This document shows positions 25,286 to 34,289 of a stretch of DNA of 64,000 nucleotides, piece by piece. The number at the start of each line of letters is the position of its first letter. The stretch's first letter is position 1. The notes under the pieces are model-generated. The model was not told the origin of the DNA. It worked only from the letters and a program-made list of their open reading frames with translations, and did not search any database. This stretch comes from Nanobdellota archaeon (GTDB lineage Archaea; Nanobdellota; Nanobdellia; Parvarchaeales; Parvarchaeaceae): the NCBI GenBank assembly GCA_021811735.1, contig JAJZNK010000025.1:69400-133399 (forward strand), in the 5' to 3' direction. Position numbers and translations under genes: made by a program.

Positions 25286-27628
25286 TTACTCTATATTATG
25301 CATTTTTATGAGGTCCTCTCCAAAAAGTTTAAGCCCTTCAGGCACGTCCATGTTTATTTTTTCTCTCAAAGATATACCTTTTTCCTTTTTTATGGCCCAT
25401 ACTCTACTATCAAACTCCATGAGTTTCTCTCCCAAACTAAGCATCTCATCGTCCACACTTGAATTTTCAGGCATTTTTTGGTAATGCACTGGCTCATTTG
25501 AATATAATTCTTTCCATATGGTGTCGGATATAAACGGTGTGATAGGAGCAATCAAAAGTAATGTCCTCTTTAATACATAGTTAAGCGTATAGATTGCTGA
25601 TTCTTTTTCCTCCGCTGAGAACCCCTCACCATATGCCCTTGCCTTGACCAATTCGACATAATGTGGTGCGAAAACGTTCCATACGAATTCTCTTACTTTA
25701 TTAGCAGGGATAAACGGATTAAGTTTTGTATATCCCTCCTTACATTCTTTTATGAGTTTGTTAGTATAAGCTATTATCCACCTATCACTGTAATTCTTTA
25801 TTTCTATTTCTTTGCCGTCAAAAGGAAACTGGCTTATCAGTCTAGCAACATTCCATAACTTAGTCAAGAATTTCGAGCTTCCCTGCAGTCTACTTTCTGA
25901 AAACATAAAATTGCTGCCAGGCATCGCTTCCGACGCGGCCCAGAACCTGAATGCATCAGCCCCATATTTTTCGATGACATCCGTTGGGTCTATACCATTT
26001 CCCTTTGATTTTGACATCTTCTCACCATGTTCATCCAGTCCCATTCCGTCTATCCATGCCGTTTTCCAAGGTAGTTTATCAGTAAGCAGATAATTTCTGA
26101 GTATGCTATAATTGAGCCAGGTTCTTATTATGTCTATACCTTGTGGTCTTAATGTCATAGGATAAGTCTTACTGAAAAATTTCTTGTCATATAAGTATTT
26201 TGTTACATAAAGCGAGGACACACTCGAATCCATCCAAGTATCGAAAGTTCTTTCATCTCCGGTAAATTCTTTTCCGCCACATTTTCTGCACACTGCAGTC
26301 TCCGGAGGTTTTTCTTTCCAAGGCCTGTAATATTTTCCTTCTTCCGGGACAAAAGGTTCACCACAGTTATTACAATACCAAAGTGGTATTTCAGTTCCGT
26401 AATATCTCCTTCTAGAAATTGGCCAGTCATTTGAGACTTTCAGCCAGTTTATGAGTATTTGACGATGTTGTTCTGGGATTATCTCCAACTTTTCTGCCAA
26501 TTCAAGCAACTTGCTCCTTATGTCTATAACTTTTACGTAGTATTCATCTAAAGGTATTATCTCTATAGGAGTCTTGCTTCGGTCACAGATTGGTGTTCTG
26601 TGCTTTATTCTTTCTATCTTTTCTACACAACCGTCATCTTGAAGTAGTTTTATTATCTCTTCCCGTGCTCTGTTTATCTTTAGCCCGTTAAGGCGTTCGC
26701 CAGTATTCTCATTCATTTTACCATTGGTGTTTATGAGAATCGTCTCCTTCAAACCCAACTCCTTTATTATCATTATATCGTTGTAGTCTCCATAACTGCA
26801 TATCATGACTGTGCCACTGCCGAATTCCGCTTTTGCATAGCTATGTTGGATTATTTTTACTTTTTTGCCATAGATGGGAGTTATTGCGGTTTGGCCTGCA
26901 AAGTCCTTAAACCTTTCATCCTCTGGGTTTACTAGAATAGCAGAGCAAGACGCCAAAAGTTCTGGCCTAGTGCTGGCAACTAATATTTTCTTGTCAGAAC
27001 CTTCAATATTGAAATAGAAGTATACTAAGTTTGTATCCATTTCCTTGTATTCTATTTCTGCATCCGCTATTGTGGTTCCACAGTCTATACAGTAGTTACT
27101 TGGCCTAGTTCCTCTAATTATCATCCCTTTATTCCACATTTCTATAAAAGTGCTTTGGGTGAGTGCTCTATAATTTTCGGAATCTGTTCTGTACATACTC
27201 TTAAAATCTCCTGAGTATCCAAACGATCTGAGTATCTCTAGCATTTCATTTTCAAGTTCATCAAGGGACTCCTTACACATTTTAAGGAAGTCCTCCCTTG
27301 GCGTGTCCCTCATCCTTATATTATGTTTTTTTTCAGTGTATCTTTCCACAGGTATTCCATTCCTATCCATTCCGACGGGAAATAGGACTGCCTTTCCTAG
27401 CATTCTTTGGGATCTGCCAATCATATCTATCTTAGAGTATTGTGCAGCTGCCCCTAGGTGCCATGGTCTACCGGAAGTATAAGGGGGTGGTGTATCAATC
27501 GAAAAAATCTCTTTGTCGGAAGATACAGAGAAATCCCATGTAAGGTCGTTTATGCTCACTATAACTTCTTTCTCAAGGTCTCTACTCCAGTTCTTTGCAT
27601 CACCTTTCAGCTTCTCGTGTTCGACCAT
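25286..27628 (-). CDS. valS: Valyl-tRNA synthetase
   Basis: Class I: PPPYTSGRPWHLGAAAQY (HIGH region; the second His is Ala, confirmed in the DNA as CAC CTA GGG GCA GCT). CP1 editing motif ASTRPELLASCSAILVNPEDERFK. KMSKSKGNGIDP...GADAFRFW...TKLWNVARL. 780 aa. Confidence 0.75.
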   Translation of the reverse strand: MVEHEKLKGDAKNWSRDLEKEVIVSINDLTWDFSVSSDKEIFSIDTPPPYTSGRPWHLGAAAQYSKIDMIGRSQRMLGKAVLFPVGMDRNGIPVERYTEKKHNIRMRDTPREDFLKMCKESLDELENEMLEILRSFGYSGDFKSMYRTDSENYRALTQSTFIEMWNKGMIIRGTRPSNYCIDCGTTIADAEIEYKEMDTNLVYFYFNIEGSDKKILVASTRPELLASCSAILVNPEDERFKDFAGQTAITPIYGKKVKIIQHSYAKAEFGSGTVMICSYGDYNDIMIIKELGLKETILINTNGKMNENTGERLNGLKINRAREEIIKLLQDDGCVEKIERIKHRTPICDRSKTPIEIIPLDEYYVKVIDIRSKLLELAEKLEIIPEQHRQILINWLKVSNDWPISRRRYYGTEIPLWYCNNCGEPFVPEEGKYYRPWKEKPPETAVCRKCGGKEFTGDERTFDTWMDSSVSSLYVTKYLYDKKFFSKTYPMTLRPQGIDIIRTWLNYSILRNYLLTDKLPWKTAWIDGMGLDEHGEKMSKSKGNGIDPTDVIEKYGADAFRFWAASEAMPGSNFMFSESRLQGSSKFLTKLWNVARLISQFPFDGKEIEIKNYSDRWIIAYTNKLIKECKEGYTKLNPFIPANKVREFVWNVFAPHYVELVKARAYGEGFSAEEKESAIYTLNYVLKRTLLLIAPITPFISDTIWKELYSNEPVHYQKMPENSSVDDEMLSLGEKLMEFDSRVWAIKKEKGISLREKINMDVPEGLKLFGEDLIKMHNIE

Positions 27629-27660
27629 CCTAAATTAATATCCTTACAGCTTTTATCTTT

Positions 27661-28992
27661 TTATTCGAGCGTTATCTCCTGTCCATCAAGAAGGATGTGC
27701 GAATTTTTGTTAAGTTCATATCCAAATTCCCTGGCAAGCTCTATGTTTGCGCTTAGTTTTTCTATACCACCATGCGAAGGTATAAGGTGTTTTGGCATAA
27801 GCATCTTTATTAGTAGTTTATGGTCGTTCTTAGAGGCGTGTCCTGAAACGTGTACATTATCAGCAACATTTACGTTTAGGCTTTCCAGCGCGCTTTTCAA
27901 CATCCCTTTATTGGCTTCATTTATCGGTGTAGGTATCGTCCTAGAAGAGAATATGACTGCATCTTCGCCTGACAATCTATACTGGTACTGTCCAGTAATT
28001 AGTTTATCTAAGAAGGCACCTCTTTCACCCTGGTGTCCGGTGCATATTACGACGTACTTTCCTGGTCTATCATATACATGCTTTAGTAATCCGTTTATTT
28101 GTTCCCTTCTGAAAGCCACCTCTGGTAGGGCCCCCTTATTTATAACATTCGTATTTATGGCGGCTTTTATGTACATATCCATACTCCTTCCAAATATCAT
28201 TGTATTTCTGTTAAGTTTCCTACTTATCTCAACAATGTTCTTTATTCTTGCAATATGCGAAGAGAATGTGGATATAAAGATTGTCTTGTTATCCAGTGTC
28301 TTTTTTACTATATCTTCAAGCATTGTCTTTACTATACTTTCAGAAAATGTATATCCATCAACTTCTGCGTTCGTAGAGTCTGATATTAGTAAGAAAATCC
28401 CCTCTTTTCTTAGTTGTTCAAGTTTTTCATAGTCTGGTTTCCTTCCGAGAGTGGGAGTATTGTCGAATTTCCAGTCATTTGCATATATTATGGCACCATA
28501 TTTTGTGTGCAGTGCTATCATTGAGCTGTTAGGGATAGAATGTGTTACGTTTACCAGTTCAAGTTTTATGTTATCTGATATATTATACGGCGTTCCAGTG
28601 TTCAATGGTATTAGTCTAAGGGATTTTGCTCTGAAATTTTTCATAAGGTTTTCTATTACCTTTATGGAAAATGGTGTGGCTATAACAGGACACTTGTATT
28701 TTTGGCTTAGAAACGGCACTGCCCATACATGATCCAGGTGACCATGTGTTAGTACTATCGCCTTGACCTTTTTTCCTTCTTTCATGAAGAAATCTCTGTC
28801 ATCAGGTATTACATTGTTATCTATTAGGGCAGTAAGATCATTTACTGTTATATCATTTTTGTCCTCTTCAAAATTCACAAGTTTCTCTATGTCTGCACCC
28901 ATATCTGTGATTATTATTTCACCGTCGATATCGATGGCAGTCATACTTTTTCCTATTTTACTATATCCTCCAAATGCTTTTACTTTTATCAT
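27661..28992 (-). CDS. Archaeal RNase J (metallo-beta-lactamase/beta-CASP ribonuclease)
   Basis: HxHxDH motif LTHGHLDHVWA, beta-CASP region, about 440 aa. Confidence 0.75.
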   Translation of the reverse strand: MIKVKAFGGYSKIGKSMTAIDIDGEIIITDMGADIEKLVNFEEDKNDITVNDLTALIDNNVIPDDRDFFMKEGKKVKAIVLTHGHLDHVWAVPFLSQKYKCPVIATPFSIKVIENLMKNFRAKSLRLIPLNTGTPYNISDNIKLELVNVTHSIPNSSMIALHTKYGAIIYANDWKFDNTPTLGRKPDYEKLEQLRKEGIFLLISDSTNAEVDGYTFSESIVKTMLEDIVKKTLDNKTIFISTFSSHIARIKNIVEISRKLNRNTMIFGRSMDMYIKAAINTNVINKGALPEVAFRREQINGLLKHVYDRPGKYVVICTGHQGERGAFLDKLITGQYQYRLSGEDAVIFSSRTIPTPINEANKGMLKSALESLNVNVADNVHVSGHASKNDHKLLIKMLMPKHLIPSHGGIEKLSANIELAREFGYELNKNSHILLDGQEITLE

Positions 28993-29891
28993 ATTCCTTT
29001 TATTAACTCACCTACCTTTTCATGTTTTTTTCTGGAAAGAGTCCTCAGCAGTTTAACAACTCCGCTGCCATACTGCATTGCTTTTTTATTTCTTTCCGTT
29101 ATTACCTTGCTCAGCCCTACGCTTCTTCCAGCAGAGCGTAGCAAGATTTTATCGTTATATTCTTTTTTTACTTTCGCTGACGCTAGATTAACCATCTTGT
29201 CATCCAAATACGGCAGTAAGATTGAAACTTTAAAATATGATGCTATTGAATTTATTCTCCAGGCATCAAATGCTGGCATATAAAAAAGTTTCTTATCCCT
29301 ATATTCAGCCAATTCTTTTCCAGTCATTTTTTGATGTTTGTAAAATCCGAAGAAAAGTTCATCACTTCCAAGTCCACTCATGAGCCGTTTACATCCCATT
29401 TCAGCAGCTTTTTTAATGGCGATAAATTCCGTTACTCCCATTATAATATTGTAATCATCCAAGTGCATGACCCTTAAACACTTTATTGCTTCATATACAT
29501 CAGTTTCCATTATATTTGCAATATGGAGTTTTTCATTCAAATCCTTAGCAAGGATTCTTGAAAAGTATAAATCCTGACTGTCTTCAGTCCCTGCAGATAC
29601 AAGTTTTATCTCGCCGAGTTCTTTTTTTGCTATCGCTGCTAGGAGCGAAGAGTCTATACCGCCAGAGACGAGTGCACAATCTGGTTTTGTTCTTATTATA
29701 TAATTGGAAAGTTCTTTTACCACACTACTGGTTTTTTTGTTTATAGAATCCAAAACTTTAAGGCTTATCTTATTTCCAGATACTTTCACATCTGAGTTTC
29801 CTGGAAATATGAATCTCCAGTTCAGAATCATCTCATTTTTTGATTGGGAGTTTACTTTGTCTGTTCTTATGTTTTTACTGCTTGTTTTCAT
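28989..29891 (-). CDS. Asparagine-synthetase-domain PP-loop ATPase (AsnB C-terminal-like; no glutaminase domain)
   Basis: PP-loop ALVSGGIDSSLLAAIA; 300 aa. Confidence 0.55.
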   Translation of the reverse strand: MKTSSKNIRTDKVNSQSKNEMILNWRFIFPGNSDVKVSGNKISLKVLDSINKKTSSVVKELSNYIIRTKPDCALVSGGIDSSLLAAIAKKELGEIKLVSAGTEDSQDLYFSRILAKDLNEKLHIANIMETDVYEAIKCLRVMHLDDYNIIMGVTEFIAIKKAAEMGCKRLMSGLGSDELFFGFYKHQKMTGKELAEYRDKKLFYMPAFDAWRINSIASYFKVSILLPYLDDKMVNLASAKVKKEYNDKILLRSAGRSVGLSKVITERNKKAMQYGSGVVKLLRTLSRKKHEKVGELIKGI

Positions 29892-30231
29892 ATATTTTGA
29901 TTTTTAGTTTGTCCCCTACTTTTATATTATATGTCCTGTCTGTAGGGAGCTCAAGAACATGATGCGCTCCTTCTGGGCCATTATATAGTCTCCATTTTCT
30001 AGCTATTGTTTGATGCAGCACTCTGAAGTTTTTGTCAAGCCATATAACTTTCAATTCGAACCTGACAAAGTTCATGTGTATATCTTTCACATCTGGCAAA
30101 AACGCTCCATTTTTCGGATCCGATACAAACATCAGTCCTAGTATCTTACTTGACAGTTTTCTGCAGTATTTTACTCCCTTTACGAGGATTTTACCATTCT
30201 TATAAAAATCACAATTCTCTTTCATATTCAT
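29875..30231 (-). CDS. DUF192 (COG1430) protein
   Basis: 118 aa; conserved LDVKDIHMNF...YNGPEGAHHVLELP pattern. Confidence 0.5.
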   Translation of the reverse strand: MNMKENCDFYKNGKILVKGVKYCRKLSSKILGLMFVSDPKNGAFLPDVKDIHMNFVRFELKVIWLDKNFRVLHQTIARKWRLYNGPEGAHHVLELPTDRTYNIKVGDKLKIKIYENKQ

Positions 30232-30278
30232 CTCTTCTTTCTCTGGTAGGACATTCTTTTGAAACTTTACTCATAAAT

Positions 30279-30878
30279 TTAAAATTCTAACTCCTTTGAC
30301 ACAAAGTCTTCCAGGCTTATCTTATCAATTTTCTCTCTCTCCTCTTTTCTGGACATATTCACGGCGAGCAGGAAAAGTATTAGCCCTATACTATTACCGC
30401 TTTTGTTGTTACCAGGTATTATTATGTCAAGAAATGATGTGCTATTGTCTGTATTCGCTATGCCGACTATTGGGATATTGATCTTTTTCGCATCATTTAT
30501 CGCGCGCCTATTGGCCTTTGGGTCAGTTATAAGGAGCGCTTTCGGCTCGAAGAAATTTTTATAGCTTACATTCGTCATGGAACCTGCGAGATATCTTCCG
30601 AAATTCACGCTTACGTTCATTAGTTTTGAAAAGTTGTACACTGCATAATAAGCGCTGTCAAGCGTAGAAACCAAAAGTATATCCTTTCTCTTGTAGCCGC
30701 TTAGGAATTTTGCAGCCAATTTTATTCTTTCATCTATAAGTTTTATGTTGAGTATAGTAAATTTGTTTGGTATTTTCTTGAATACGAACCTCTCAAATGC
30801 CTTATTATTGGCGTTTGCACCAATCCTCGTTCCGTACGTTTTATACGCTTCCAATTTATCTATTTTTTTAAACACCAT
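30279..30878 (-). CDS. rps2: 30S ribosomal protein S2 (uS2)
   Basis: Archaeal uS2 pattern: ...PKALLITDP...IPIVGIANTDNSTSFLDIIIPGNNKS; 199 aa; directly downstream of enolase, as in many archaea. Confidence 0.85.
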   Translation of the reverse strand: MVFKKIDKLEAYKTYGTRIGANANNKAFERFVFKKIPNKFTILNIKLIDERIKLAAKFLSGYKRKDILLVSTLDSAYYAVYNFSKLMNVSVNFGRYLAGSMTNVSYKNFFEPKALLITDPKANRRAINDAKKINIPIVGIANTDNSTSFLDIIIPGNNKSGNSIGLILFLLAVNMSRKEEREKIDKISLEDFVSKELEF

Positions 30879-30879
30879 A

Positions 30880-32046
30880 TCAGTTTAACTCAATTAGCCT
30901 ATTTATTTTCTCTATCCTTTCTCCTCTATTAATTCCAACTTTTAAATACTTTGCGTTTAGGCCGGAAGCGAGGTCTGCTATTATTGGGATACTTGTCTCC
31001 TCAGATCTGTGAGATACCACTTTGTCTATTTTAAATTTCTCAGCAAGATCTGAATATTCCTTCACTTTATGCATCAATGCTATTTGGTTCGGTTTTATGA
31101 GTGTGGCATTTATATTGGAATGGACTTTTTTGAGTCTTTCAGGTGTCGTAGCGGTAAGGTCATCCCCAACAATTAGTGCACCTTTTACTCCTTTCAGTAT
31201 TTCACCATAATCCTCAGGTAGAGTTTCATCTACTGGGTCCTCTATAAAGAACAAGTCGAATTCATCGGCTAACTTTTTCGTTAGGTCTATTTGTTCACCT
31301 CTATTAAGTTCTTTTTTGCCGTAAATCGGTCTTTTATACGTATATTTTTCGTTTTTATAAAATGTCGAAGCGGCGAAATCAAGGCCCAACCTTACATCCA
31401 TACCAGTCTCTTGTATCACTGTTTCAATGGCATTTTTTACTATTTTTATAGACTCGTAATTATCTAGTCCGCTTATAAATCCCCCTTCTGGGTCTACACC
31501 TCCGAGAAAACTATCAGTTTTATCTTTAAGGAGTTCTCTTACCTTATTATAAACTTTCAAAGTGGTGTTTATACTTTCATTGTTTGTGTCCGCAATAGTA
31601 GTCACGAGCACTTCCTGTATGTCCATTCCCAATCCTGAGGCATGCATTCCCCCTCCTATCATTTTACAGACTGGCATAACACTGTTTTTCTTCCCAAAAA
31701 GCTGATATGGCTCAATTTTCATTTCATTACTTAGTCCATATATTAGTGCGTATGAAAGTGATAGAGAAGGGCCCCCTATAAACTCGGCAGGTATTTGTCT
31801 TTCTATAGAGAATATATCTTCCAGACTGCTAACCTTTCGAGCGATAAGAGTTTTTAAGTATTCATTGAAAGCAGATATCTCTGCTTCCACACCTTTGCTA
31901 AACTGGTTTACTTCATACCTACTGTTGCTTTCACCTTTTGGAGATGAACCGCGGAATTTTCCGCGTTCGGTTTCCAGTATGACTTCCACGGTCAGGTTCG
32001 AATTAGCATTCAGTATTTGTATGGCTTTTAAGCCCTCTATTTTCAT
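30880..32046 (-). CDS. eno: Enolase (phosphopyruvate hydratase)
   Basis: 388 aa; enolase N-terminus (ILNANSNLTVEV), metal-binding region, C-terminal SHRSEET motif (SHRSGETED-like). Confidence 0.9.
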   Translation of the reverse strand: MKIEGLKAIQILNANSNLTVEVILETERGKFRGSSPKGESNSRYEVNQFSKGVEAEISAFNEYLKTLIARKVSSLEDIFSIERQIPAEFIGGPSLSLSYALIYGLSNEMKIEPYQLFGKKNSVMPVCKMIGGGMHASGLGMDIQEVLVTTIADTNNESINTTLKVYNKVRELLKDKTDSFLGGVDPEGGFISGLDNYESIKIVKNAIETVIQETGMDVRLGLDFAASTFYKNEKYTYKRPIYGKKELNRGEQIDLTKKLADEFDLFFIEDPVDETLPEDYGEILKGVKGALIVGDDLTATTPERLKKVHSNINATLIKPNQIALMHKVKEYSDLAEKFKIDKVVSHRSEETSIPIIADLASGLNAKYLKVGINRGERIEKINRLIELN

Positions 32047-32066
32047 TTTTATTATAAAAGCTCAAT

Positions 32067-32576
32067 TTATTTAAACATTTTTTCCACCGTGGTTATTTTC
32101 GAAGAAAAATCCACGCGGTCGCCTCCCCCTTTACCGTTTATTACATTTATTACCTTTTTGACGGTTTTTTCCAGGTTTTTGCTGTTGTCTATCTGGAAAG
32201 TCCTTTTTCCACTAATTGTTGCCTCTATAGTCGTCCCATCTATCGCCTCGAACATTGCATTATCGTATATCTTTGATTTGTTATAACCTCTCTTTTCAAG
32301 TCTTTTTATGAGTATGACAGGGTCTGTTCGCAGTATTATTGTAAGCTTTATGCTTTTTGATGTTATAAAATGTGAGAGGTGCGAAACAACTATTGAATTG
32401 TCTTTTTTCAGCCGCTGGAAAGCAGTGTTTATTTCGTCGATGGTAACATCTTTTTCAGTTTTTCCATCCGTTAGTGCTTTCCCCAGATCTATTATGTTAT
32501 AACCTCTGATTTTTGCAAGTCTTTCTGCAAGCGTGTGTTTACCAGTACCTGGCGTTCCGGATAAGGCTATTATCAT
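32067..32576 (-). CDS. Fap7/AK6-like nucleotide kinase (COG1936, putative adenylate kinase)
   Basis: P-loop ALSGTPGTGKHTLA; RLEKRGYNKSKIYDNAMFEAI; 169 aa. Confidence 0.55.
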   Translation of the reverse strand: MIIALSGTPGTGKHTLAERLAKIRGYNIIDLGKALTDGKTEKDVTIDEINTAFQRLKKDNSIVVSHLSHFITSKSIKLTIILRTDPVILIKRLEKRGYNKSKIYDNAMFEAIDGTTIEATISGKRTFQIDNSKNLEKTVKKVINVINGKGGGDRVDFSSKITTVEKMFK

Positions 32577-32761
32577 ATTATCTACAGCAAATGGGCCGTT
32601 TAATATTTATAGTAATCATAATGATCATAGTTTACTAAATCGTATTTAAACTAAACTCAGCACACACCAAAGTAAGACAGTATTCTCCTTTTTAAGGCTA
32701 AAGACTCCTGCAGCCCATAGTAAAACCTTTTAATTTTATATACGCTATCTTTATTTGTAAG

Positions 32762-34288
32762 ATGGAAGATGAAAATACCATAAGACTGTTGAACAAGGCA
32801 GATAAACAAGTATTGCGTTCACTGGAAAAAGGAGATAAGTTCTCGGACGAATTAGAGTTATCAACCGGTTTGGAAAGATCTGCAGTTATAAATTCTGGAA
32901 GAAAAATGCTTTCCCTCGACTTAGTTAAAATGGATGGAATAACTGGAGAAGAAATCTTGCTTACGGAGTTAGGAAAGAAATATTTGTCAGAGGGCCTACC
33001 AGAATATAGGGTCTTTGAGTTTATAAAAAGAAACGGAAGCGTAGAATACCGTCAGATATTTTCAGATATTGGAATGGAGAAAGATGAGATAAGTGCAGCA
33101 ATAGGGTACTTGAAGAAATATTCTATTATAATCGATAGAGGGGGGAAACTAACTACAGATAAGGACAAGGAAAAACAAATCTATGGAAGGAATTCTATGC
33201 TATCTCAGATAAAGGAGGGTAAAAGTATAGACGAAGGAAGTGCCGATGATTTATTTAAGAGAGGAATACTAGAGAGAATGTCCAAATTGAGAGAAAAATT
33301 CTCTATAACCTCTGCTGGAAACAGAGTAATCAATAACAAAGAATTTAATGTTGATCTCGTGGACGTGCTTTCGTCAGAGAATATAAAAGAGTGGGAAGGC
33401 CTGAAATTCAGGGAGTACAGCAGGAATCCAGAGATATTAAATTCCCTTTCTGGTAAATTGAACGTAAAAACGATGTTCTCTTCCTTTATAAAAGATGTGA
33501 TGGTATCAATGGGCTTCAAGGAAATGCACAGCAATTACGTCGAATCAGTTTTCTGGAATTTTGATGTCATGATGTTTCGACAGGACCATCCAGATAGAGA
33601 CATCCAGGACACAGTTCACCTGTTGGGTGGGGAAGGAAAAATACCCAATGATGTACTTTCAAAGGTGAAAAAAATATATGAGACAGGATTCAGGCTTTCG
33701 AAGTATAATGAATCGACAGGATACCAGAGGGAGTTTGACGAGTCAAAATGCAACTCACTCATAATGAGAGGTCACACTACCGCAACAACTTTTAGATATA
33801 TCTATGATGTTATATCAAAGAATAAGGACCAACCTGTGAAGTTGTTCTCAGTTGACAAATCTTTCAGGAACGAGACAATGGACAGCACGCACCTTCTAGA
33901 ACTTTACCAGATCGAAGGCGTCGTATATGGTGATAATCTGACTGTCGCGGATCTGATAGGTTACATAAAGCAATTTTACAGTAAAATAGGTATAGAAAAA
34001 ATAAGACTTAAGCCGACTTATAATCCGTATACCGAACCTAGTCTTGAGATACAAGCTTTCAGCCCAAAACTTAAAAGATGGATAGAAGTAGGAAATTCAG
34101 GTGTTTTCCGTCCGGAGACATTGCTTCCGTTCGGTATAACTAAGAACGTAGTCGCATGGGGTTTCGGTATGGAAAGAATGCTAAATCTCAAGTTGGAAAT
34201 GGCGGATATACGCGATCTATATGGGGCGTATACAGATATAGATCTCTTAAGGGATCTTGAATCTGCCAAAATATTCAGTGAGATATAA
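32762..34288 (+). CDS. pheS: Phenylalanyl-tRNA synthetase alpha subunit
   Basis: Class II motifs: FRNETMDSTHLLELYQIEG, GFGMERMLNLKL; 508 aa, archaeal length. Confidence 0.9.
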   Translation: MEDENTIRLLNKADKQVLRSLEKGDKFSDELELSTGLERSAVINSGRKMLSLDLVKMDGITGEEILLTELGKKYLSEGLPEYRVFEFIKRNGSVEYRQIFSDIGMEKDEISAAIGYLKKYSIIIDRGGKLTTDKDKEKQIYGRNSMLSQIKEGKSIDEGSADDLFKRGILERMSKLREKFSITSAGNRVINNKEFNVDLVDVLSSENIKEWEGLKFREYSRNPEILNSLSGKLNVKTMFSSFIKDVMVSMGFKEMHSNYVESVFWNFDVMMFRQDHPDRDIQDTVHLLGGEGKIPNDVLSKVKKIYETGFRLSKYNESTGYQREFDESKCNSLIMRGHTTATTFRYIYDVISKNKDQPVKLFSVDKSFRNETMDSTHLLELYQIEGVVYGDNLTVADLIGYIKQFYSKIGIEKIRLKPTYNPYTEPSLEIQAFSPKLKRWIEVGNSGVFRPETLLPFGITKNVVAWGFGMERMLNLKLEMADIRDLYGAYTDIDLLRDLESAKIFSEI

Positions 34289-34289
34289 T

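Noticed and set aside
27458-28432. 324-aa plus-strand ORF spanning the valS/RNase J junction
   Set aside because: Antisense to two well-supported genes, hydrophobic junk translation, no RBS.
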